A stretch of 64,000 nt of DNA, taken from positions 9,272 to 73,271 of the forward strand of contig FLMG01001044.1 of the NCBI GenBank assembly GCA_900088475.1. The letters run 5' to 3'. Made by a program: the position numbers and the translations under genes. This document shows, one piece after another, positions 1-13,700 of this stretch (positions are counted from its first letter, which is position 1; the number at the start of each line of letters is the position of its first letter). The notes below the pieces were generated by a model, which worked only from the letters and a program-made list of their open reading frames with translations, was not told where the DNA came from and ran no database searches. Source of the DNA: Hyphochytrium catenoides. Lineage: Eukaryota > Protista > Hyphochytriomycota.

Positions 1-29
1 AGAGGAGTTTATGTTGCTTGACCGCTGCT

Positions 30-1665
30 TCAGCAAAACCACCTCCATGTCATCATGATCATCAGAACCTGCCGCAGCCCACCCCTCTTCCATCTAACAG
101 GCAAGAAGTTTCGCAGTTTCTTTCTGGCATTTGGTCTCTTATAAAGTGCAGTAGTGTTGAGTGCAAGTGTGCATAAAATTAGAGTGCATGGCAACATGAA
201 CATGATGGAGCAGCCGGATCCTCCGGCGGAGGACAATAAAGCAGGCGGCATTCCGCAACAAGCAGTTACGGAGTAAAGAAAGTTGGATTTGCTGAGTGCC
301 AGAAGAGGACTCTCTGACGGCCAACTTTACAACAATAAGTTATGGTAGCGGAACCGGTGGTGTTGCCGCTTCTTTTCGTTTGCTTTGCGAGTTGAGAAGT
401 AGTGATATGCATGAAGTCCTTTTTGAGCTTATGGAGCTATTATTTTGAAGCTTTTGATATGAAGAACAACCATGAGTTGTCGCTGACTTCTCTTAACGAT
501 CGATGCTATGTTGCTAGAGCTACGTTTTCTTAATGCTGCTAGTGAGGAGCTGCTGCAAGAGGCAATCTCATCCGTACCCTGATGGCTGCGCTTCTGGCGC
601 TAAGCGGCGGTTAGGAGTTAACAAATGAAGTTTTAGAATTTGGACGCAAAGTGGATGGCTAAAGGAAGTAGTAAGCTAAAAATGCAGGGAGTATAATTAG
701 TAGAGAGAGAAGTGCGGCTGAATAGAGCGTGAAAAGATCCTGAGTTGTGGTGCTGAAGAAGTTGAAGAAGAAGGAAAGATATGCGTGGTCTCTCAGATAT
801 GGCCGTTTGCTGCTGGCTTTGTAGCCGATAAAAAAGCCAAAGTCCAACAGAGTTGGAGTTTCAGCTGTTGTCTTCTGCTGATGTGTTTTTGTTCTAGGAC
901 AGAGTGTCAGTGACAAGTCTATAGAGGGGATGTCGGCTCATACGTGGACACTCTAGAGGAATAGAATAGAATCAGTGTACCATGTATGGCTTATTATAAA
1001 AGAATCTATTATCATTCTAACCTAATTGGAAGTACGAAGGTCCCCGTCAGACTGTGGAGCTACAGTTTGTGCCAGTCCTCCGGGAGTCTTTTGGTGGTGC
1101 CATGCCCTACGTCCTGGCCTCTGTGCAACAGCTGGTAAAGCTTAAGTGTGATCGTTCCGCTCTTGAGGCCTCCGGTCCTCTTGATCATTGGTCTCGGTTG
1201 GCAAAGTCTCGGACTCTTCATACCAGAAGCTCTTTCGCCATCCATGAAGCGAATGCGCTACAAATTCTGAAGCGTATTCCTCTTCAGCAGTTGGGCCCCG
1301 CTCTAGCTCGCGATGATGATGATGGTCTCGGCGCCACATCCCTTCCTTCTTTTCCTCCTCCGTCTCCTATTATAATTATTTTGGAAAAGTTCGACCATAA
1401 TTCTCTTGTTCCTTATCCGACATTGATGGTGGCAGAGGAGGAGAACGCGTTAAAGAGTCCAGGGCTTTGTAGCTCTCCTCTCCTCTATATTTTCCTTCTT
1501 CCTCTCGTTCTTCTTTTCGTTCTTCTTCTCCTCCTCCTTCTTCTTCTTTTGCTTCTCTTTAGTTAGTTACAGAGGTCGCATTATATAGACAAATATAAAA
1601 CTTCTGACTTGTGTTGCGGATTTATGGGCTTGCACCAAAATTCCGACATAAATCGATTTTTACCC
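30..1665 (-). mobile_element. Decayed Mutator-like (MULE) DNA transposon remnant
   Basis: Minus-strand fragments, broken by stops and frameshifts, occur in MULE-transposase order: TWYTD (second catalytic D-like), TCH*H (CxWH with TGG>TGA), FSTTTQDLF..PAFLAYYF, PSGYG..SSIKK, then SWIM-like SCSCC..CTQH and LPVRW. A possible terminus GGGTAAAAATCG starts at 1665 on the minus strand. The other end is not in the window. Confidence 0.4.
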
Positions 1666-1859
1666 TACTAACTGTGAGAATAGAATGCTGCTAGGAGACG
1701 CTGTGTTGAAGCCGACGTGCTTGCGGCGATATACAATCTTTCGCTTCTTATTAGTAGAGAGGCTGAAGGGAGGGGTTCATTCGCCTTGGAACGAACACGT
1801 GATGAATTCCCTTTGAAACGCGATTAACGTCCCCACAGCAAACCTGCTGTTCACCAATC

Positions 1860-2857
1860 ACCCACGGGCCCTCTTGAAGTCAGGGATATCTGCTTGTGTC
1901 GTTCAACATGTGTCACCCGTTGAACCTACATTAGCTTACGGATTCGAAACCTCCAAGTCCAGCATAATAGATTCTGTCGAAGGTAAACGGACTCTGCACA
2001 GCCAATGCTCAAGGATCAGATGGCGCGCCTTGCTGTCAGTCTGTCATGAGGCGGTTCAGTAAGTGAGTGAGCGAAGATGAGTAGAACGAGATCCCTGGGT
2101 GCGAGTGCGGTACTCTCTTCTTTTCCCAGGTACTGAGACAACTCGATTTAGAAAGATGCTCACCGTGGCAAAAAAGTTACGATCCTGAATTTCAATTACC
2201 AGCTGCCGGGAGCTCGAAGCAAGGTATACAGAGAAACGAAGGGTGCCCCGCGACTCATTGCCGAAGACAGAAATTACCGCTAGGTGGCCGCTCACTCTCT
2301 GGCCTTTGCGACACAGGAGCTGCTCGTCCTCTCCTGATTGTTGAAAGAATGTTTTGAGGATAGAATAAGTTTCTGTCAACTCTTGGAGTTTCCTCTCCCT
2401 GCTTCGACTTTCTCTTCATCAAGAAACCCTTTTGTACTAACAAACTGAGAGGACCGCGGCCCGATACTCTTTCCTACCTGGGTGCCTTGACGTCTGCCCA
2501 CTGCGGGCAGAGTCAACAGACCGTGAACAACCATCTGTTCGCGGTGATGGGGCAGGTGGTGACAGGTGGGCGCTTCTTTTGTCTGTCTGTCCAGGAGTAG
2601 AGAAACCATGCGTCAGGGGGCGTAACTTATGCTCAAGGAGAGGAAAGCTCAGACCCGCAAGAGGTAATAAGACACAAAAGAATAGATGGAAGGGGAGTCA
2701 AGTGGCGCATTACCTCGAAAGCTTTCTGTTGAACGCCCGCGGCGGGCTCTTGCAGCTGATTGGAGCTAGGTCTCAGCTTCAAAGTCGGGACACCTGAGAC
2801 TTCAATCTCAATTTGCTGGGCTTCTGCCAGCCTTCTACGCGGGGTGGAGCAACTCAT
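1860..2857 (-). CDS. Hypothetical multi-exon protein (boundaries approximate)
   Basis: ORF pieces MSCSTPRRRLAEAQQ..KAFE, ..ELTETYSILK..LLCRKGQRVSGHLAVISVFG..LRFSVY..FFAT and TDSKARHLILEHWL.. end at GT donors (gtaatg at 2713, gtgagc at 2163, gtaagc near 1939). No family recognised. Confidence 0.4.
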
Positions 2858-4118
2858 TCTTTGTAGAACTCTGTGTTTCTGTTCATTCAAGAAATTTGAA
2901 GGCCTTTTTCTACCACAGAGTCTCCTCCGTCCTCCTCCTCTTGTTAAGAAAGCTAGGCCTATTAGCCGGCTCGGCTGGGCAGAATTGCACCAAAGGGAAG
3001 ACCAGCACACAATGTAGTTCGGTGGAGGATGAGGAGAGAGAGGATAGGTGGTGGCATCATGATGTCTGCGACCGCTATTGCTGATGTCGCCTATGGGCGA
3101 CCTAGAAGAAAGGTACCGGAAGTGCCACAACGCTTGCGAAGGGCTCATAAAGAGAGGAAGACGAGGGAGATAGACGAAGAACGGCGAGGAGTGAAGTCCA
3201 ATATAGAGTGGAGTCCAGAACAGCTCTCTGTACGATCCAAAAGTAGAGCCCTTAGAACTGCGAGCAAGCGATAAACGAGACTGCTGAGGAAACAGGAGGG
3301 CATAATGATGTCCCGAGAGAACAGCTAGCTCTCCAGACGCGCACTCAATGTGCTCATCCTTGTGGTTTTGCTAGGGCCGTCTCGCGGCGCAGGCTATTGT
3401 TACCGTGGAACTACTCGCTTCAGTTTCCTGAGTTGCAGCGTTTCTACTCTTCATCTGTTACCTCATTAACATCAGTACGTTGCTTGCCTAACTGCAGCGA
3501 TCCTACGGAGGAAGACGACTGGCTAAAGGTAGTAGGCTCCTCATCAGAAAGAACGGGTCAGCTCGCTCTAGGCTCCCTTCTGGTCCATCTGGATCCAGAT
3601 CACAGATCACACCTTCCACCCTTGTACTACATACTCGGCCAGGGGCAGGGTCCCTGGAGTGGGAGGAACCATCAATGCTCTCCCCTGCGGCTCTAGGAAC
3701 TACATACTGTACAAGCAGTAACGACCCAACCTAACTAGCGGTTAGCGGCCTCCGGTGGGCGTCTGTTCAGTGTCTCACTCACTTCCCTCCTCCTTCCTCC
3801 TCCTCAACAGTTCCTGTTAACCTGTAGAGAGGTTGTTCCCCGTCATCCCCGCCACTGTGACCTCGATCCCGTAAAGTCTGTCGGTGCGGCCATGGCCAGG
3901 GAACCTGCGGCAGGCAGGGCGACCAGGATTGAAGACTTTAGAAATCAGTGGCAAGAAGAGATAAATTGGACGCCCTGTGACCCCTAATAATCTCAAGCGC
4001 GAGGCGTGAGGGGTGGCCGGCCCAGCAACAACGAACCTAGACTTCTGCAGCACCAAAGATTAACCCATTGACGGATAAACAAAACTCCAGCAAGTTCTCG
4101 TTGCTAACGCTGGGAAAC

Positions 4119-4614
4119 ATGAGCGGCGCCACGCCCGTCATCAAGAGCTCCATGATGCCTTCGGACATGCAGAAGAAAGCCATTGACATTGCGATTGAGG
4201 CGCTTACGAAGGAGCAAACGCACACGGTATGCGAATTTTCCCCTCGGCGCATCGAAATTTCTTAGTGGGCGTTCGCCTGCGTGTCACTTGTTCGTATAAC
4301 TTGTCTGGCCACTCTGCCCTTCAGTAGGGACGGTTCTCCGGTCTTCACCTTCTTGAGTCTGAGCTACTCTACCGTTCGTCTTTCTTGTCTCCACATTGCG
4401 TTTTGGCGTTTCTGAGCTCTCCGTATCTATCCTTCGTCGATCACCTTAGGATGTGGCAGCCCACATCCGCTCCAAGTTTGTCGAGCACTATGGAGGCGCA
4501 CCATGGCACTGCTTTGTGGGAAGGAACTTCGGGTGCTTCGTGACTCATGAACGAAGTAAGTTCATCTACTTCTACGTTGGGCAGATTGGGATCTGCCTGT
4601 TCGCTAGCGCATAA
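4119..4614 (+). CDS. DYNLL: Dynein light chain, LC8/DYNLL family (exons 4119-4226, 4450-4614)
   Basis: Spliced product MSGATPVIKSSMMPSDMQKKAIDIAIEALTKEQTHT|DVAAHIRSKFVEHYGGAPWHCFVGRNFGCFVTHERSKFIYFYVGQIGICLFASA*. It carries the LC8 signature WHC.VGRNFG..VTHE..FIYFY and a phase-0 GT-AG intron. Orthology within the family is not established. Confidence 0.93.
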
Positions 4615-4798
4615 GAATCCGCCAGATGCAAGACAACCCCCTAAACAAGCAACCAAGTACTTTACACACCGGGAAGAAAAAGAGATTCTTCCTGCATAGA
4701 GCAAGTGCCTCTACTTCGCTTCTCTCTATGTCTTCCCTTTAAATAACGGGGTTCGGTCATGCATAAACTCTCTCCTTCCTACTTTCATGCTAAAACAA

Positions 4799-7700
4799 CT
4801 AAAGATTTTGCGGTAGACTTTCTACTTCCCCAGACTTCTCATCAATGAAGCGTGCAGCCTTTTCCCGTGGAAGCAACCTTCGTGTCTTCAACTTGATTCC
4901 GGCTTTGTCTGTCTGCCCGTCGGTTACTCCGCCCTCTGGAGCCACCCTACTGTTGGCCTCTCTTCGCGTAATGTCAGACAGGGCCGCTCTTTCTTTCTCC
5001 TTGACGCTTGAGGTGGAGCTCGACTTGCGCTTCTGTCGTGGCTCCTGCATCACCGTAGACAAGGTGGGGGTGTTAAGGAAGTGCATCTTTGGCATTGACG
5101 GCTCCTTGTGGTGATACTCGAGGGTACGGTTGTAAGAAGGGAACGGTTTTGCAAAAAAAGAGAACGAGGCAGAAGAGCTCGGTTATGATGGAGGGTAAAA
5201 GGAGGCAAGCCAAGCCATGAATTGAAAACTGAAAGATAACAACTCACTACACTGTTGAAATATGTATAGGGACAATACAGAGGGGATGAGATGATAGCGG
5301 AAGAACCGCAATGTTATGTACCTGCTCCAAGCCGGGCCGGTTTAAGCATCGCTCTGCATGACAACTGCAGTCTTCAGACAGACAGAAATTTCCGCTTTTT
5401 TTGCACTTACAGCTCTTGGTAGCGCATTTCCCTTTACATTCGCAGCCCTTGCAGCTTTTCAGTAACAAGGTGTCCAGCTCTTCCATTAGCTCCTACCCGT
5501 GCGCAGCAGGAGGCGTTTAGCCATGCGAACAGTACTTGGCTCGTTTTCATCAAATTTCACTCTTACCGTTTCGAAGGCTGAGGCGTTAGATTCCATTGAC
5601 TCCCTAGATTCTTGGGCTTTAGAGCTCTGCGTAGAAATTCGCTGTTTTCTATTGTTTCGCTTCGCCCCTTCAACCTTCTTACGCTTGCGGACTGGGCGCC
5701 GCGGAGTTTCCGTATAGCTTGAGTCTGAGTACCTTTCTTCCTCCTCCCCGTCCTCTTCCTCACTTTCCTCCGTTATCTCCTCTGCTGACTCATCCTTAAT
5801 CACCCTCTTTCTGTTGGTGCTTGGTTTCCTTCCCATGCTTGATTTTAGCGCTTCCTCAAGAGTAATTCGAATCTGATGAGTAACAGTTAGGTATGAGGAG
5901 TGCCCTACCGAAGGAAGAGGGAAGACTCACCTTCTCTTCGTATTCTTGTTGCTGCTGAACTAGCTCTCTCTCATGCCGCAATTTATCCGACTTCATGGTC
6001 GCCACGGTCTGGAGGCAGATAGGTATATGGCTGATCAGAGAGTGGAGCTAAAGTTGAACTACTTCTTTCGTCTGCCGTATATGTTACCTTGCTGAGTTGC
6101 TCCTCCAGCTCGATCAAGCGTTGTTCCACCCCCATCGCTCGATTCTTCTCAAGACGCTCACGTGCCCACTGGCTGAACAGCCACTGCATATGAGGAGTTA
6201 AGTTCTTTTTTTACATCGTCTAAGAGCAAGGTGGTTTGACTGACCTTCAGGACTGCCTTTGCCTCTAACGTACTTCGAATCTGTTCCCAGCGTTGGCTAA
6301 CTCCTCCCTGCAAAGTGTCTCCTCGCTCAATTGCAGCCAACTTACTTTGAAGCTCAGCTACATCTCTGGATCTCTCCTTCATCTCTTGAAGCGTCCGGCA
6401 CAACTCCTCACCGCGTAAGCCCGTGCTCTGGAGTAGTTCGGCCTTTTTCGCTTTGAAGTCGTTGACAAAACACAAAATGGCTGGTAAATATTCAATCTGC
6501 CTTCATTGCAGTCGCATTCACTTTTACTTAACATCAACACGACAAGACCGAAGCCGCAAGGTTAGTAGACCGATCGCCTTGATGGACTGAGAGAGACCTC
6601 TACACGCACACTAAAGTAGGGAAAAAACACCAAGACACCGGACCCTCACCAAGACTTCTTCTGGCTTCCATATGCTCCTTCAATGCGGCTTTCGCCTGTT
6701 GCACCGTGACCGAGATCTCCAATTCGCGCTCTAGGGCTGCAGTGAGTGCCTCTAGGTCAAAAGATGCACCCATCCGCATGGCGCTGGCATTCGACTTCTT
6801 CTGCATTAAGTCTTTCATTTTCTTTGTGACCTGTGAGACTTCCTCAGCCTTTCGCCGCAGTACGTTCTGTTGCTTGATATTTAAGGCCTGCCAGTGTCAA
6901 GGTCAATATAGGAGTACAACCGCAGATGGTGAGAAAGAGTGGGGCAGTACGGAAGGGAAAGATCGGCTCTTGACTAATACAGATAAGCGAGTAACGCGAA
7001 CCTCCAGCTTCTGAAGCTGATAGTCCTTCCGCTGACCCTGGCGCTTAAGATTCGCGATCTCTTTTTCTTTCTCTTTTTGATGATGTTTTAGACTCTCCAT
7101 TTCCTGTCGCAGCTGTCTTTGTACCGCAATCTTCTGCTTTTTCAGATTGTCCAGTTCTTGCTATCATAGCGTTTCAGCGATCACAATGCAAAGGGGAGAA
7201 AATGTTCCTGCAAAAGCACAATAAGCAACCTGGGCGTTACCTGGACTGACAAAACTTTCTGGTCACTTTTCTCTTTAAGCTTTCGCATTTTCTCGGCGTC
7301 AGCGTGATTCTTTTTCATGGCGCGAAGATCTTTTTCTAGGCTTGCAATCCTGGCAGGGTTCGGAAGGTGTGAAGAGTTAACAAGATCAATTTGGCGTTCT
7401 CTTCCCTATAACCTGAGCTCAGCGGAAGAACAGGGAGGGAATCTGGCAGTTCTGAGGAACATTATTCTTACTTTTCCTCATATTTCTGCAGTTTGTAGGT
7501 TTTCGGGTCATGTTCTAGCTGCTGCTTGGTACCACGAAGGTCGCGTTGTAACTGCTCTCTTTCTTTCTCCAGGTACATAATCTGCTGTTCCATCGTCTTG
7601 ATAGCTTCTTCGTAGTGCCGACTATATCGAAATAAGAATTCGCCTCACATTAACAAAGAGCAAGAAAAGAAGAAACACTCTTCTGTAGGTTTGTCATACT

Positions 7701-10700
7701 TACTCATTTAGACGAGAAAGTGCCTCATCAGTGTGGAACATTGTCTCCAAGAGCTTTTCCTTCTGCAAGATCGCGTCCGAGATGTTCTTTTGCAACGTAT
7801 TTTCATAAAAGGACACAGTGACGAACACATAAGGACAGTGCGTCCGAACGAATAGCAGATAGAGACGCAAACCTCCAGCTCAAACTCCAAGAGCTTTTGA
7901 TTCTCCTTAGACTCCATCTCAAACGAATCAGGTTCTGTTTCGACAGCTTGGGTCCATAAGTCAGAACGTCTAGATTCATTTTCAGCACTTACGTTCCCCG
8001 TCTTTCTTGGGGCTGCTTGCCTCCTCGTTCTGCTTATTATTGCTGTTGGTCAGCTGTATTTGCTCCTCCAGCTCCATAATTCGGCGGAGGTACGGCTCCA
8101 GCACGTCAACTCCCTGGGACTGACAGCAGCTATTGTGAATATTCATGGGTGCATCTTATTTGAGCTTTTCTCCTTATGCCCACCTGCTGACCATCTGATG
8201 ACTGAGCCTTTAAAGGGCCAGAACTTTCCACAATCAGCTTCAACTGTAAAACTTCTTCTGTGCGCATTTTCAGCATCTGTTCCATCTTCATAACCTTGGC
8301 CTTCAGCTCCAGTATCAACTCGTTCTTTGCTTGCTCTCCTTCCTGTTGGGGGATAGACACAATAAGGAAGAGGGCGAGAAGAAATGTAAGTGAGATTTGA
8401 TTCCTGCGGTACTATTGCTTTAAACGCAATTTGAAAGCTTACTCTGGATGAGATCACCCCTCTTGATTGCAGAAGCTGGAGCTGTAAGAGGTGAATTTGT
8501 TGTTTCAGCCGAAGCAGCTCCGCCGAGTTAGGATCACGGTTAACCTGACCACCACTTTCCGATGAGACTGGCTGTGCCAAAAAGGAGTGTGGTACATCTA
8601 TGCCCGAGACCTACCACAGCCTTGTTCTCAATATTACGCGCCCTGTTTGCGTAGCGGAGAGTGTTCACAGTCTCTTCAAAGTTGACATCAGCCGGACTGA
8701 CGCAGGCTAAACAAGGGCAAGGGCAGCAGTGTCATGGGACATCAACGGACTAGGTAAGAAGGGGATACGAGCGTGAACCTATCATAAGCGTCCGACTATT
8801 CCCTCCCAAGCTATCTTGTAACAATCTTGTAATCTTTGCATCTCTATAGGGCACATGTGTGGCTCCACCCTGGCGTTTTGGGTCACCCAGCGCTGATATT
8901 ACGTTTCCTAAGGCGAGTAGCCCCTTATTGATGCTGATGCCTGGATGAAGATCAGGTGGGGATGATGTTTAGAGGCAACTCCCTTCCTCAAGAGAGCTGA
9001 AGACTTCATTCGGTACTATCGTCTTTGGTCCCGCAATCAGAGTCCTCCTACCTTCCTTCATCCTGTCGCCCACGGCTTTCGTTCTCTTTGCCCGCTCTGA
9101 GCCTGCTAAGTCCACCAGATGCAGCTTCGAGAATTTGAAGTCATCTTGACAGCCAGCAGAGCCATATGGAATGATAAGTCGGTGTTACACAAGTGCGAAA
9201 GTGAGAGAAAAGCAAGATCACGGCTAAGAGAAATGATAAAAGTGGATAAAATTCCCGGTCTCATATTCACAAGCCTGTCGCTTATCAAGATCTGTAGAAC
9301 GGTGAACAGTTCTGCAAAAGAATTTCTCCTACCAGGATCATCCTCGGGCTGCTGCTGCATGGAGATAGTGCAAATGGCGTGCGAACGGGAGGAATGAAGG
9401 TTCATGGAGGTACTGCCTGTTGCCCTCAACATTGATCCCTGGCGCAGTAGGGTGGCCACTTCTTCCCAGGAGACAACTTCCCTCTCGGTCAAGCCTGCGA
9501 CGATGATGCCTAGCTTTGGGTCCTCTCTTATGGCTAAGGGCTTTGCTGATGGGCGCGAGGCAGGGGCAAGCAGATCCTTGATGTCTTCGTTGTGAATCTG
9601 GAGAGATATATTTTCGGTCGGAGTTAATTTCCCTGCTTAGAAGACTAAGATCTTATGACATAGGGTAGAAGCTATCAGCCTTAGGTGGTGGAAACCATAG
9701 AAGCTGTCGAACTCGAAGGTTTTAAAGAAGCGATAGTTACAGCAGGGGCTAACCTCAAGGTACGAAAGTCGCACCACGAAACGTGTGTGCGTCCGCCGTT
9801 GGTCAATGTCCGAGAATATCTATGGTGACAAAGAGGGGTCACGTGAGCATCATATCATTCAGAAGGATTCCTATATAGCGCCAGTAACTTCCAAATTCTT
9901 TCACGTATGCGTGAAGCCAGCCCTTTGTGCCTTTCTCTGTCCTGACACCGTCTCTCTTGCAGGCAACTGATATTTTGGTCAGTACTGCACCTGCATTAAG
10001 GCCTTTGGAATGACGCCATTATGCTCCGCTTCCGAGGCAAAGCCACTTCCCATCGTGAAGCTGTAGAAGAACCAAGCAAGCGCAGGCGTATATCAGGATA
10101 TAGGAGATTTCACAACGTTCATCTAACTTACGTCTTCCCAGAGCCTGTCTGACCGTAAGCAAAAATGGTGGCGTTGTAGCCCTGCATGAAGCTTCGGATT
10201 AAGGGAAGGGCCCCTTCGATGTAAACTCTTTCCTAATGTAAGTACCGCCGAGTTTTGGTAAGACGTTGAGGTAATGGAAACATAAGGCAAGATGAGTAAG
10301 CCTAAGAAGAGCAACGCTAGTGACATGTAATCTGTTTACTTCAACAAAGCTTATATGCTCCCTCTCACCTGGGAGGCGGACTGATCAAAGACCATGTCAA
10401 AGGTGAACCTCTGTTCACCCCTAAGGCAGATCTGACAACGAAAGTAAGATATTAAGTTAGATAAGGGCCATCGGATATCTTGGAAAGTTGCACGGAAGAC
10501 AGCATAATTGAGACAAGAAAGTACCCAAAGAAGATGCTCAGAAGGTGCGGGTAGAAGCAGATGCTGACGCACCTCCCGCCGGTTATGGTCCACCTCCACG
10601 CACTCTGCGCAACCTTCAGAAAGTTCTGAGGGAACCAGCGGGCGCACGCGCACGCAGACTTTCACGCAGGCACTGGCTTCCTCGCCCGTTCTACCAGGGA

Positions 10701-10730
10701 GTTGATGGGGCTGCTGCTCCTGTGGAGAGC
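4799..10730 (-). CDS. KIF4: Kinesin-4 / chromokinesin (KIF4-like), multi-exon; start exon not resolved
   Basis: Motor motifs [26 protein letters not shown] (P-loop), SSRSH (switch I), DLAGSER (switch II), [19 protein letters not shown] and [14 protein letters not shown]. These are followed by long coiled coils and a C-terminal CXC Cys cluster ([28 protein letters not shown]) typical of KIF4. Confidence 0.9.
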
Positions 10731-13700
10731 CTATGAGTTGAAATACTAGAAGGTAAGGTAATCAAAGCGGCCATACCTCCTCATCTGGAGGCCGAGTAGA
10801 GCTCAACATCTTATGGTCTTCTGCCACAGACATCCTTTCTGTTTGGTCCTGTCCTTCTCCTCGAAACTTGGAGTTCTTGGCGCTCGGATGGTGCGTCGTC
10901 TTGGTTAGAGGTTAATGACGTGAGGTTGAGGCCGCCACGTGGTCCTTACAATTCTGCCAAGTCTGTCTCCCTTCATTCCATTACCCTCCTGTGCCTAGCT
11001 AAGCTCCTGTTTTCGTTCTCCTTCTCTCCCGATTGTTCTGCTTTTCGGTAACTAGAGCTTCAAACGACCGGAGCATGTAGTTTCTGGAGCTGTGGCTGTG
11101 GTGCCCTGGTCTTCTGGCTCTTGGATTAGGGAAGGGGACGCAGTCCGTTACCAGGTGAGGCCGACGAGCGGTATATCCAGCACCAGCGTGTCTGATGAGG
11201 TCGGGGACTAGGAGCTTCGGAGTTAGCGAAGAACTAATAAACAGGCAGGGAAAGGGAGAAAGTTGGCGCGTCGATGCGGAGAGAAGAGGAGAGGAGGCAG
11301 CAGAAGGCAGGAGGAGGAATGGACGCAGCGGTGGAGAGAGAGAGAAGATGATGGTCCTGGTCCTGGCCCCGTTCGTTACCTTTATACTGTTCCCTCCTCC
11401 TGGGCTCCTGAGCCTGTCACCATCATCACCCTCGCTAGCCGTTAGAGTTTGAAATTCTAAAAATGGGATCCATTCCGGAATATTACACAGCCATATATAA
11501 CCGTATAGAGCCTTTTTATACCGACGCTTTCCGGACTATCGTTCGCACATAAAGGCCGGGTGGTCTGCCTCTTCTCCGCCTACAAGGGGTTTCTCTCTTT
11601 TGAAGTGAGGGCACTCTACTGCGACATCAGGAACCAGGAGTAATGATGGGCCAGAGGTAGAGACAAGACTCCCTCCCAGCTGGACTCCCTCCCCTCTGCG
11701 TGATGTTATACTCGAACAGAAGAAGAGGGAGTGCACAGCTTGCGAGTACAAGGAGACAAGGAGACATCAAGTGCTCTCATAAGAGAAGTTTCGTCCTAAT
11801 AATAAAGAAGAATTTGTCCGCTAGCCATCTTTTGTTATTGAGTCATCCTCAGTGCTCAAGGCGGCCAAGTCCAGCTAATTGTATCAAAGCGTCTGCCAGA
11901 CTGACGAGGTGACCTACTCTAGCACTAACCGAACAGAGCCAAAGCCCTTCATCAGCCATGAGCCGAAGGTACGGCAATTAGAACATTTGGCTTTCCCTAC
12001 AGCGAGTTATTGACAATCTGCGGGTTGCATATGCGTTCTGGTGGGCAATCTTTACCTTAGAAACATAATCAGCGGCGAAGGAGTGCCAGACGTCCCCGTC
12101 AAGCCCTCGTGTAAGGTAATGGAGTTTCTTGTTGTCTAGCTCCAGGAAAGGCAACTTAAAATCATCGCTATCACTCAATCTCAGATCGTAAGCGGGCCCG
12201 CGTCAAGTAAACTCTTTACAGCTGAAGAGACAACGACCCTCCCTGCTCCTAAGTCTACTCCATGGGTGGAAGAGGGACGCACCAGAAACACAGCAGGAAA
12301 CATTAATCTATTCAAGGAAGCTGAAGAAGGTGCTGCCTGCGCTCGACGAATTAGCAAACGATGGACTTCATCCGCTCCTGTATAAGCTTTATCTCTAACT
12401 GACCTCCGTCTCTGTGGCCAGTGCCTTTCCGACCCGGCAAGAAGATTCTCTCGCATAATCCTGCAAACGCATCCCGTATGTATGCACTTTTTAGAGTTTA
12501 CAACAACCTTGGCTTTCATCGAGAAGGCTCCTTGTTCACCTTGCATCTGCTTGCTCACAATATCTTAGCTATATACGTGTACGCCATCTTCGTTGATCTA
12601 TGCCATCTCAGTGGTGACTTTTGCAGGTGATGATGCAGACTTCAAGCCTTCGAAACCCATTTTGAACAAGATGCATGAAAGTCAGATTACTCTTTCGTAT
12701 GATGGAGAGGAGGTCAAAGAGAGTGCAGAGGGAGACAACGAAGAAAACGTGCCCATAAACTCGGAAGCTATGGCTAACAGGAGAAAAGTGATGGGAAGCA
12801 ATGTCCTCGGTATGTCAGTTACATTGTGTGCTCTCGAAAGTGGGCTCTGATGGTGCCAAACCAACAGGCAAGCACGAGAAGGAAGAAACTCCCGTTAAAC
12901 CCCTTCGCTCGAAAGGTCGCCAACATCTGAGTAGTGTTGGAAGCATCCTCTCCTGGCAATGACCGCCACGCTGGGCCTCCTAATTCCCTCAGCCTATGTA
13001 TACTAAAGAGCACGCGACCAACCAAACACAGCTGCCAAGGAAACGTCATTAGGTCTCTTGGGGAATGCATGGCCGATATGTCACCTTATGTTCACTACGA
13101 TCACTACCATCAGGCTTTTTCAGTGGTCAACAAAGCGTAAACTCAATAATCCTTTTAGATACCCCATACTCGGCCCAGGTAGTTGAGCGGATGACAGATC
13201 TCGTGGCAAGAAGGGCAAAGTCTCACACCTTGTGGCCCAGTATAAGGGTCATCCTCCTTTGCCCTGTATCCACAGTGCTGGTTCCCCTCCGCCAATTTCC
13301 TTCTTGTATCATACTCCACCTGCTATAATCTAGAGTATGGCTCCTTCCTTGCCCATCTTGGTGTCAGAGTCACATTTGATAGGTCGACTGTAGGAGACAA
13401 GCTAGAGGGAGAAATGTTTGAAGAGGCCGGACACAGTGGCTCATCCTCTTGTGTAGAAACCGAAGACAAATCAACAAGGAGGAGGTGGCCTCAAGAGGCT
13501 CCTCTGGAGCCTTCTATTCCGTCAATGATAGCAGAACTCGCCACAGCGAAGGGTTTGGTCAATTTGGCAGGCAATCACAAAAGGAAGGGAGGAGCGAGCC
13601 CTGTTGTCTAGGTATCACCATGTGGTCCTAGACATAGATATATACACATGGGCCTGTCGGTAGGGGAGACCCAAGCCGGAAATCTGCCAGTTAGGACATT

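Noticed and set aside
1054-1566. 170-aa plus-strand ORF with poly-Leu tail
   Set aside because: GTG start, low-complexity CTT/CTC tract, and antisense to the probable transposon remnant
5486-5545. Apparent overlapping stop/start or frameshift between two kinesin ORFs
   Set aside because: Explained by an intron (gtaaga...ggtag) that gives FET|ELMEELD
12240-12600. Possible non-LTR reverse transcriptase fragment (YTYIAKIL..SAYI) on the minus strand
   Set aside because: No D..KAFD, QG or YADD motif follows; the similarity is too short to support
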